From: Octopus vulgaris
Lineage: Eukaryota
Length of the DNA stretch: 64,000 nt
Assembly (NCBI GenBank): GCA_951406725.2
Contig: OX597814.1
Span: forward strand, 133,052,001 to 133,116,000
Direction: 5' to 3'
Shown: positions 53,055 to 64,000 of the stretch, piece after piece
How positions within the stretch are numbered: the first letter of the stretch is position 1
Layout of the letters: the number at the start of each line of letters is the position of its first letter
Made by a program: the position numbers and the translations under genes
Notes under the pieces: model-generated
Databases searched by the model: none
Told to the model about the DNA's origin: nothing
The model's input: the letters and a program-made list of their open reading frames with translations, nothing else

Positions 53055-53128
<74 letters not shown>

Positions 53129-54376
53129 TATATATGTAGGTACAATTATTTGTGTGCGAGTGTGTATGTGTGTGTGCGCGCGCATGCGTTTGGCTAAAAC
53201 TACAATTAATAATTGCATTACATTCTGCTCTTTTCCCTTTAATTGTTTATTCATTTTTATGACATTATTTTATTTTTGCTTCTCTCCAATCTGGAAGTGT
53301 ATGCTGCCGCTTTAAATGCTCTACTTAAATACGACCTGGACGACCCGATCAGCTTTGTCTAAATCCTTGTTAGCACACTTAAATGAAATCGATATATGTA
53401 AGACAGCTGCAACTAACTTGGTAGGCCTGGAAATTATTACCACATCATCACAACGTATGATGAAAAAGATATTCCAATTTCTCCAAAATATTTATGAACA
53501 GGATGTTCCTAGCAGAATCTATTCAGCTTCATTAGGATAAACATAGTGAATCGTGCGAAAATACAACCTTCACTTATATTCACGCTCAGAACCACTAATT
53601 TATGATTTACGTTCAAAAAGTTCGTTATGACCTTGAGATTCAGAATTTACAGAAACAATATTGTCACACTACACTAATTCCAAGCAATCGAATTAGGTAA
53701 ACACCTCTTGAAGCACGAGTGCACACATCTGATTAGTCCTGATCTTGTTTATCTACATATCTATATCTAGTGATATAAAGTCATAAAATAAGCAATCTGC
53801 TTCTTTCATACACACCATTGACTGTATGCAGTCATGCGCCCTTCTCTCAGTATGGCCATGTAGGCACTAAATATGGAAAATTCAAAATAACACGTATTCG
53901 ACTTCGGAAAAGAAACTGAATAATTTAAGATTCCATTCTGAGTGTTGTTATTGTGGTTTACATAAGTTTTTTGTCCATGTAAAAAGTAATTCCTTGAGTT
54001 AAAGATATGTTGAGTAGTGTATTTACATTACAAGACCGTTCCCCGACGTAACAGTAGCTCAATAACTCAAAATAATAAAAAGAAACAAATTAATAAATTG
54101 AAGAGTTAACTTCAAATTGCTGTTTTAACATATCATTTGTTGTGATCGGTATAAAATTTGTTGATTCTACTTGTTTTATACAGTGCTTTGTTTTGCTTAG
54201 GTTTTATAATCCTCGTCGAAGACACATGCTTGACAGCTTGTTTTTCTTTTCATATAGCTTCTTGATACTGATTTTTATTTCTACTTCTTATTATGTTTGC
54301 AGTGTTTGAGATCGTTCCTGTATTTTGTATCATTGACTGTTTATTTTTTGTTATTTAGGTTGTATATTTTCATGTT

Positions 54377-54426
54377 ATACAGTGATGAAGCATTGGCTGG
54401 AAGCCTTGTGAATTATCTGACTGTGT
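54377..54426 (+). ncRNA. Decayed hammerhead-like remnant
   Basis: ATACAG-TGATGA-A-GCA..TGT-GAAT-TATCTGA-CTGTGT; helix I pairs but the core is mutated. Confidence 0.35.
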
Positions 54427-54801
54427 TTTCCTATATTTTGGTTGGTGTATGTGCAGTGGAGAAATCAATAAACTGTAATTCCTTCACTTCATAGAATTTT
54501 TTTTTTTTGCTATTAGTGTGTGAATCTCTTGTGGTGATGATGAGCAAATGGTCACAAGTGAGTTGGGGTTTGTTTGACGAATCTTTATAGCAGTCATTTT
54601 CACATATGTCAACTCCATAATTAATATTTTATGTCCTTTTTTTAATATTAATAATGATGATAATCCTTTTTTCGATGTTGAAATCATTACTACCATTTGG
54701 GTAAATTTTTTAAAATCGCAAAATATTTCCATTTTGTTTCTCATCGTTTTTATTGGAATATCTTCCAATTGTCACAGAAAGAGTGTCACATCACCATTGT
54801 C

Positions 54802-54864
<63 letters not shown>

Positions 54865-56553
54865 CCCCTCTCTCTTAAAAATAATAAAAATGTCATCTTT
54901 TACATCCTCCTCTGTTTTTGTATGCTTTTATCATACTGGTGCATCGAATGCGATGACTGTGTATGGTAGTCCTTATTGCACTCATAACCGATGAAGTCTG
55001 AGTCATCACGTGTAGCTGACTTCATCCATCTTTGTCATATTAGTACTTGCAAATGATATATGAAATCCATTATTTTTTCAATCCCTGCCCTTGTATGTTT
55101 CTAGGATAAACATTTTCATGCTATGTCCTCCCATGACTCACTTTTAATGTACTTTGAATTGAAGATCTTTTTTTTTTGCACAAATATCTACATCTCAGTT
55201 ACATACTTCACATTGGGCCAGTTTGTAAAGCAGAAATATATTTATGCAACGGTCTTCAATGCTGTGCATATGCACAAACTAATCCAGGTGAATCTCCCTA
55301 AGTATCACAAATATGGTGTCCGACTAGTCTGATTGAAAACCACAGTCTGTGAGTATATGCGATCAGCCATCACCAGAAATCTAGGGTGAAACACTCAAAT
55401 GAACAATTTACGAACGGTACTGAGGTGAGCTATTCCACGGTACTTGAATCAAATAACAACCAAACCATGCCAAATGAAAATAAACATTAAGTCTTGATAA
55501 AAACAAGTACTTTTCATTAGAGGAAGAAAGATAAAGCAAATCATAATAGAAGTCGAATCTAGACGCGTTATTTTGTCAATGAACACTAGGTTCTTGCAGA
55601 TGTTATCTAAATCCCTCGTGTTTCAACCAACTCACAGTTTATGTGATAACAAGTATAATTGCTTGGATTGAAATAATAATTATAATGATGCAATATACTT
55701 AGTTTCGCCACTTGTTTTTCATATATTTTGTCTATTTAAATACTCCAAGGTCATTGATTTTGCTCGTCACTTCTATAGGATAACTCGTGACTAAATATAT
55801 AATGATGATTTATTTCGATTTAAGTTATTACACTCAATTCTTACAAATTTGTGACGATTCATTATTACCATACTAAATTATTACCATTTTCTCTAGCTTT
55901 CATTCTGTCGGTGTCAATAAAATGAACAACAGCCAAGTGTTGGCAAAGATACAACTTACATAATTTCATTCACACAAAAAACTATAGCTTCTGACAGCTA
56001 AATTCAAAATATCCACCTCTTCCCCCTCCTCATCATTATTAGTGCCCCTTTGTGGTTTGTTGTTCATGGCACTGATATCAGTTAAAGGTGACAAGCTAAG
56101 GATATCGCCCGGATATGCTCGCCAACTTCCTTTGAATATGCATGGCACTTTTAATCACAATTAAATTGTCAGCTTAGATGTTAATAAATGTTAGCATCAT
56201 AAATGGTATTCTTTTTATTTGTAATTTCTTTCTTGAAATATTTCCATTTTGAGCGAATCACAAGCTTCTTTAAACTTTAAATTAAATTAATATTATTTAA
56301 AGTTGTGTTAACATTTTCACATCGGCCCAGTCTCTAACTCTCTTCTTTACCGTTTTGAAGGGAAACAATTTAACGAAGGAGCCGTAAAATAGAAAGTTAA
56401 CGTGCTAGAAATCGAGGCCACTCATCTCTCGACGTAATCCTACATGGAAAAAAATAACATATAGCACAATGCAGCCCCTGGGACGCAAAATTACTGGGGG
56501 CTGGAACACATTCGACGATATGTTTGCTTGATTATGGCTTACTTAGTGCTATT

Positions 56554-56750
56554 AATATCCCTTCTAATTTTGACACAAGGCCAGCAATTTTGAGGGGACG
56601 GCAAATCTAGTTTAACAACTCCAGTACTTGACTGGTACTTTATTTTATCAACCCCTAAAGGATGAAAGGCAGAGTCGATCTCCAATGCATTTGAATTTAG
56701 TGCGTAAAACCTGAAAAAGCTTCGCTCAGCATTTTGTACGACGTGTTATC
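56554..56750 (-). mobile_element. Diverged Nin-domain SINE (family D)
   Basis: actggtactttattttatcaacccctaaaggatgaaaggcagagtcga is the reverse complement of the Nin-type domain. Confidence 0.7.
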
Positions 56751-59700
56751 AACAACATTAAATACGTATTAACAGTTCGTTATATTCTTTGTTCCTTAAT
56801 TTTGCTCACTAAGGTGTCATAGTTTAGTAAACGAGTTATTTTCTACAATACTAATATGGCTTCCACAAACAAATACATGATCCTATTTTCTAGAGGGTAA
56901 ATCCCAAACTATTTCAGTTTCCCTACGTGAAAATTCTCTGTCTAGTTTTGACTGATAACCGCCTACAGACTAACAATTCATCAGTTCCTAAGTTCATGTT
57001 TGAACGAGTGACTGATTACCCAATTTACTGACGGTTGAAAACATTCATAAAAATTCAAAGGGATTTCTAAAAGAAGTTATGAACTAAGAATCTGACATAT
57101 TGGATCATATACTTGTTAAGTTCGGAGTTCACAACGCGCCTTTTTATTCTTTCCATATTTATTTTCGTCCCTTCAGGTGTGGCTCTTGTTAATCGGTGAA
57201 TGATTGGTAGATAAATTACTATTGGTGACTTGCTACGAGTGAATTTTTCTGCACATTATTTCAACAGCGCAGGTTACGATCACTGAACATCACTTACAGT
57301 GTATCCATATTCATAAACTATAAAACAAATAAATACTCAACAGTTTGGTCTCACATTGTTGAGAATATTTTATTATGTGTAATCATATAAGACATTGATT
57401 AAACTGTAGACTAAAATAGCAGACTTCCTATCAAAGGTTAAAAGATATTACAGATTTGAACGTTAGCAAATTTTCTATATAAGAATGAAGTGTGGCACAT
57501 AGTAGAGAACTCATTATATTATTCCGTACCACGTTACTAGTTATATGCACGATACTTCACCTCCAAGTGACCATTCGGAAGATTGGCAAATACTTCTTCA
57601 GAAATATATCATAAGTCCTACCATACAGACACAGTGGTCTCTTCTGTGTTTTCTATATTTTCATACTCGATAAGTTATTAAGCAGTGTGCCATTTTCACT
57701 TTAGGCAGAGTTATTAATTGCGCTGCTTGCCATCTCACTCATATTTCAATCACGTCTGTCCACCTTAAGCACTTTAACTTATCCTTGACCATCAGAATAG
57801 CAGGACACTGACACAATCTTCTTACTTATACTTTACTCTCATGCATTAATCTATCCACTGAAGTTATCAAGTTGAGCCGTTTTGGTCTTATCACTAAGAG
57901 TTAATTTCAAAGCCACTTCTCCACAGTCCTCAAAATAAATAACCTCAGAACCGTAGAATATTAACTAGGAAATAAAAGAGCGCAAGTACTGTATAGATCT
58001 GAACCGTTCTAGCCCTTCCGTTCTGTTCTAATATCACTTTGTTAGACCTTTGTTTTTCACTGAGGATTAAAGCCATACGTATACAGAGCACTTAATAACA
58101 TCAGTGTTTTCGGCAACTGCAAGAATGAACTGCACTTGTTTTCATGGACTCTTTGATCACTAAAATTGTTTATTACTGACGTTGGGATTATCTTAGTAAC
58201 TAATTTTATACTGCCTGGCACTTTGTGGAAAAAATCACTACTGAATTTCGCTATTGTAGTCGACACTGTTGTTTTTTTATATTTTTGATATTATCGATAA
58301 TTAGCTTTACATCAATGCTGATCGAGCAAATCTATAACCAAAGGTATTTAAGCTACGATTAATGCACCTTTTAGTGGTATGTAATTCTTTATTTTCATAT
58401 GTGACCTTTACCCTATACGGCCAAATATGCTTTAAAGAAGATTCTGCTGTTATTTCTAACGGGTCAAGTGACCACATAGAATTGATGCGTGTGTTACTAT
58501 TGTAAATGCATGTCTTCAGTGAATTTGCAGTTGTTTTACTGTTTGATCGCAGTATAATCGAAGTGATAATATTTCGATTTGAATTCATCTTCATTTTAGA
58601 TAAATTGAAAATTATTTTCGCTTGTCATACCTTCAAGATAGCTCATTCAATAACAGTGTTGATGGAAATTCCCAGTTTTACTGAAAATGGTAATTATAAC
58701 AGAATTAATAGTCAACACATGGCTGTCTCTCTAAGGATTAATTACAGTTACAAGCACTAACAACACGACAGCAGTAAGAATAGCAAGAACACAAGGCAAT
58801 AAGAGAGCTTCTGCATGCTCTTTTGATCTCCTAGAAATATTAGCAAATTCCCACTAAAAGCATCCGCTATCGTCTTAAACCAAAAGGGCACATTAATAGT
58901 ATAGTTTCCGATACATCATTTCATGAGAACGACAATAATGTGATTACTCAGAATAACAACAAATATGAGAAAAATGTTAGTTTCACTTTAGAAAGAATTC
59001 TGGAAGCGCAAACTGCAGAAGTGAGCACTTAACTAATGGCTTGCCTAAAGATCCTTGGTAAATTGCCCGATATAATAAGATATGTTAGATGTGAGATGAT
59101 TATTAGATGCATCAAGATATTTTACATATTATAAAGAAATTATTGAATTCTGGCCCGACTGATTGGTAAAGGTTCACTTACCAACATACTACAAATTCTG
59201 GTATACAAATACATCTCTTCCTTCTAGATATTCTATCATGATTATTAGAATCCCGCTAAAAAATACCCATCTCTCTTTTTGTCATTCTAATGAGTCCGAG
59301 CGACTTGGACTTACATTAATCATTTCCCTTAATCGTTTTCCTTCCCAGCACACCATTTCTTGGGAGTTTGTATTCCACACGTTGCTTTTTAATCTCACTT
59401 CAAGTTTGATTAAGAATATCTTTAAACAAAGTCTTCCCAGCAACGACCAACCCGTTTCTTGGAACTACGTCAGATTATATTATCTTATGCCCCTTCCTTT
59501 CTCTACCCATGCAAAATGGTGTTATTTGAAGGTTAGTTATATGCAACTTCTAAAGCTTCAAGCAATGAAGAAGGGACTCCCGAATTGACACCCATCTACT
59601 AATTTTTTTGCTACAGCTTTTAACTTTCAGATGTTTAATTTTCAAATATCTTAAGAGGGAGATAAAATAGTACCAAAGTAGTTTATTCGATGTAATCGAT

Positions 59701-61039
59701 CAAAACTTGAAGCCAGAATGTCATTTAGTCAAGGGTCAACAACTGAAAATAATATACTGTGTGTGTGTGTGTGTGTATGTATGTGTGTGTTAGTGTATGT
59801 GTATTTATAACGAAAAATATGCTTGAACGTGTGTTTATGCGTGTGTATAAATACATATATATGTGTGCATACCTGTATATATCCAGTTGATCAGCAAAAT
59901 GCTTAGGTGTATTTGGAAATTTAAATGTCAACCTTTCCATAAATTTGAAATTCTACAATTATTTTGTCGATGAGAAAATCCTACTGTTATACACAGGATT
60001 ATAGAGAACATGTGTCGGTAATATATATATTCAAATTGGAATACCATATAATCAATTATATTTAAAACATGGTATATACTCTGCAAGCATTACAAACGTA
60101 AGGTAGTGGGATTTAGTATCATAATGCACAGTGTCGAGGTTTTCAACAATTCTTTGGATACGTAGATTACTGTGTAAAACGTATATCTATTAATCATGAG
60201 AATATCTCACGTAAGCGTCGGAGAAATTCATAGAGACCTTCATTGTCTGGATGTAAACGTAGTCAATAAACAAAAAATTCTTATTTTAAGAGAAGAATGT
60301 GTATAATAATTGATTTTTCCATACAAATATATTAGAGCCTACGAATATTTGAATTTGTTTTACAAAACATTATTCAATAAAATTTCATGAATTTTTACTT
60401 TGATATAATCCTATCAATACGAGAAATCTCACAATACCTACATTCTTGGCGTCTCCCTGACAAACTCTTTTGCAATGTAAATATAGAAACTCTAAGGCTT
60501 CTTTTTTTCCCATTTGTTTCTGTTTTCTATGTTGATAACCTAAATCTATAAAAGATAACCAATAATACAGTTATATGATTTACAACATATTTAACTATTT
60601 CAATATTAAAATCTCTTCAATTTCTGCATTCAAACACACACAGCATATTTTCTAGTCATGCCACAGCAATGTCTCAGCAAAAAGCATTTCAAAATATAAC
60701 AAATATATTTCAAGCGCAAACTTCTATGACACTGTATCATCAATGAATTCGAAATGTTCGTAGCTAAAGCTACTGTTGAACCAAGGCAGTGAACTAGATA
60801 TCCAATCAGAAGTTCCTGCATTTTAATTTGTAATATACATTCAACTAACTTATCTATAAGTGATATCCCGTTTTAGGTAGAAACGGTTACAGCGGTAAAG
60901 GGGAAAAGATTAGATGCAAACCAGGTAACAAAACAAAAATTAATTCCAGCAATTTATTGATATAGTCTAACCATTATATTCAAAGATGCCCCTAGACAAT
61001 CAAGTATAAACATCTATGGCTGAAGCTAAGCCTTTTTCT

Positions 61040-63455
61040 AGTAATTCTTTTTTTTAAAGCATTCGCTTGTTACAAGATCCTTTGGCCACTGAAAAGATGA
61101 GAGCTAGTATAATAAAATGGATGCTAGACAGAAGTCAACAGCTGACGATGTACATTAGACTTAAAAGGCTGGAGGTCATATTGAAGAGGAAAACAAGACT
61201 GTGGAAGGGAATTTCAAAGTTCAGAGGTGTGAGGGAAGAAATTGGTACTGTAAAGTACTTTACGACACTGAGGAGTTTCCATTGTATACTGATGAGAATT
61301 GGATGCAGGGCTAGTTGATCACTGATAAGTACATAAAGGGGGAACCAGAGAAGAGTGCTTAGCTGAACAATGTCCATGAAAATACTTATAGAAAAGAGGC
61401 AAGAAAGCCACACGATAACGATGAGAGTGGATCCAATTTAGAAGATATATCAAGACCAATAGCATTACAAATACGGCGTTGAATGCGGTCTAACAGCTAA
61501 ACAATTTACAAGAGCACCTGCCAATATGTTACAACAGTACTCAATGCAGGGGTGAATGGTGGACTTATAAAGATAAAGAATAGTCTCAGGAGTAAGATAA
61601 CTCCTCGAATGAAGGAGTAAGCCTATCTTCATTGCATCCGACTTGGCAATAAATTCAATGTAAGTCTTCCAAGAAAAATCATAACAGAAAGTCACTCCTA
61701 GGAGACGAAGGGAACTACTCTCAGGTAAGTCAATACCATCCATCGAAACCAATGGCAAGAAAGGATATCTGAAGTGATTAATTGAAAGAGATTTAGCTTT
61801 CGATAAATTGAACGTTACAAGCCATTTCCTACCCCACTCAACAATAGATCGAAGAACATTCTCAAGGTTGCAGCGATCTCAACCTCATCAGACAAGTCGT
61901 CAATTTGTCCAAACAAGAGTACAAAGTAGAGTCAACAGCTTACTAGCTGACAGATAATATGAATAGGCAGACCATTGATAAAAAGAAGAAAAAGATTTGG
62001 GCCCAGGGTAGATCTTTGAGGAACCCCAGCATTAATAGAATAACTGTATGAAGATTGACCATCAAGAAAAAACTTGATCCTACGGTCTTAAAGGAAAGAA
62101 GAGATGATGTTCAGCGTGAGATATGACGCACCACAGGATTGGAGCTTCCACAGAAGTCCAGCATGCCAAACCCTATCATATGCCTAAGGGATACCAAGAG
62201 TAGCTTCACTAGCTTGAGAAGATCAGCAGTAGACGGTCCGGAATAGAAACTATATTGAGATTTGGAGAATAAATGATTTGAATCAATATATTCTACAAGA
62301 GAGTCATTAATCAAGGACTCAAAAACCTTACTGATGATTGGTAGTAGACTAATTGGTCTATAATTACAAGGATTTGATCGATCATCACAGTTCTTAAAGA
62401 CAGGAACAGTATTTGGGAATTTCCATAAAGAAGGAAAACAAGATTCTGAGATACACTTCCGGAAGAGCCTAAATAAGACAGAAGATAATTCAAGAGAGCA
62501 CTTCTGAAGAACAATGACTGGAATACCATCAGGTGCAGTTGCTTTACACGGATCCACCCGTACCACAATGAATGTGCTGCTCGTAGTCTGATTTAGCATC
62601 ACGAATAACAGCCCCATAGTGATTGCGAGCATTTGTGAAAAGCTGTTTATTCACTGTAGAATAATCTCGCTGAAACTGGGCGATAGCAGTAGCATAAGCA
62701 GAAGAGAACCAGGGTAAAGAATGCGGTTTCAGCTAGTATTTGCGAGATGGTATGAGGGGGTTAATACTAACAGAAATCCCAATAGTAACTTCGCCAGCAC
62801 AGGCCCCAGCAGTTTTAGCAAAAAATATCGGTCCAAGGAACGTCACGAAGAAAGTCGCGAATATTCTTCCCAGTCATCACGATCAAAACTGAATAGAGTA
62901 CGATGAAGTGGAGATTCCTTGGAAACGTCAACTGAAACAACAATATGATCAGATCCCTCGAGTGGAAAATCATGACAAACCTTACAAATATCAGGATTTG
63001 ATGTCAAAAGGAGATGAAGGAGGGAGGTAGATTGGTCATCATAATCAGGAATGCGAATAGAAAAGTCAAAGAGTTGTGCGAGCGATTGAGAAAGTGCAAA
63101 ATCATACACTTCAATGCCAGATACACTATTGTTATGAGAAAACTTAAGTCACTCTTCATGGTGCATAGTAAAATCACCACAGACGAATATATTCGCACAG
63201 TAATGAAACAAGAGAGCCTTATCGATGCTGTCAGAAACAGAATGTATAACAACAATTTTTGGAAGATGGAGAGAGAGAAAGAACAAGTAGCTAGTTGAAT
63301 CCAGAAGAGAAAGACGGAAAACCATGAATGAGCGCGCAGGATCCTCAAGATCTTCGTCACGAACGATGGGAAGATTGACACGAGTAAAGACGCCCAATAT
63401 AATTGCGAGAGTCCTTCCGGTAAAGAGGAAGGTAGCCGGGGACAACAAAATCATC
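61040..63455 (-). mobile_element. CR1/L2-group LINE ORF2 (APE endonuclease + RT), decayed
   Basis: IFVCGDF.MHH; LLHLLLTS; LEGSDH; PWFS; KATAPDGIP..LQKC; VPVFKN..NYRPISLLPIISKVFE; SKAYDRVWHAGLL; GVPQRSTLGPNLF; LRLLGVTF; LYKSTIHPCIEYC. Confidence 0.9.
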
Positions 63456-64000
63456 TGAAATGTCTGATTACTTTACTAATATAATTCTTCTGGAGTTAAG
63501 TGACCGATGTCTTACTATCAATAAATCCAGTAAAGTTTCTATTGAATAAATAAGCAAATGTAGGATATATGGCTGGAAAAATATGCAAATTCTGTCACAC
63601 TATATTCCTTTTAATGGTAGCAAAATTTATGAAAAGGACACCAGACGGTTTTACATAATTCTGCACATGTAATGTGTAGTCGAAATTTGTATTGGCGTTT
63701 TTGCTGCTAACTAATAGAGCAATTGATTTATAACTTCAGTCAAAACACCGGAGACAGAAATATACCCGTCGACGTGATAGTTCAACGTGCGAGAACATAG
63801 CAGTCAAATCTTCATTAAATTATACACTAGTCTTAAAAGGAAAAGACATTAAGTGTTGTAAGTTTATGTGGTGAGGCTAAGCTATTGAAATATTACAAAA
63901 TTTTCTTACACCAAAACCAAACATATTCATATTCTTAGTAAGTACTGTGGACTGTAAATAGTTTAATGTGCATAGTGTTCTAACAAAGGTCATATATTTC

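Larger units (their letters stand above)
51995..53059 (+). repeat. 475-bp tandem array (2 full copies + 115-bp partial) of an HHR-containing structured monomer; retrozyme-like or PLE pLTR multimer
   Basis: AATTAGGGTAAACGTT at 51995, 52470 and 52945; one substitution seen between copies 1 and 2; ends in (TA)n. Confidence 0.95.

Noticed and set aside
51995-53059. CRISPR array or ordinary satellite
   Set aside because: No unique spacers; the unit is 475 bp with only 2.2 copies and carries a ribozyme motif
58950-59420. CR1-like motif ghosts (LGCIK..LVxxHL)
   Set aside because: Too decayed, and motif order and strand are inconsistent

Overview
AT-rich, repeat-saturated, non-coding eukaryotic DNA. 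The SINE families and compound microsatellites look like those of a cephalopod (Octopus-like) genome; this is inferred from repeat content only. I find no supportable host protein-coding exon, and most ORFs in the track are microsatellite translations. The window is a mosaic of decayed mobile elements: Penelope-like elements (PLEs; GIY-YIG and/or RT), an internally deleted Dong/R4-type REL LINE in (AAT)n, two head-to-head Tx1/L1-type LINE fragments, CR1/L2-group LINEs, a DD37D (maT) Tc1/mariner remnant, two Helitron-like non-autonomous elements, a palindromic MITE and several tRNA-derived SINE families. The most notable feature is a set of type I hammerhead ribozyme (HHR) motifs in elements sitting in or next to (TA)n microsatellites. 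The best case is a near-identical 475-bp tandem array (51995-53059, about 2.2 copies). Each full monomer is heavily structured and carries a core-intact HHR with a palindromic helix III, and the array starts almost exactly at the predicted self-cleavage site. This suggests a retrozyme-like or PLE pseudo-LTR element that could yield a 475-nt (circular) RNA. All folds and alignments were done by eye.
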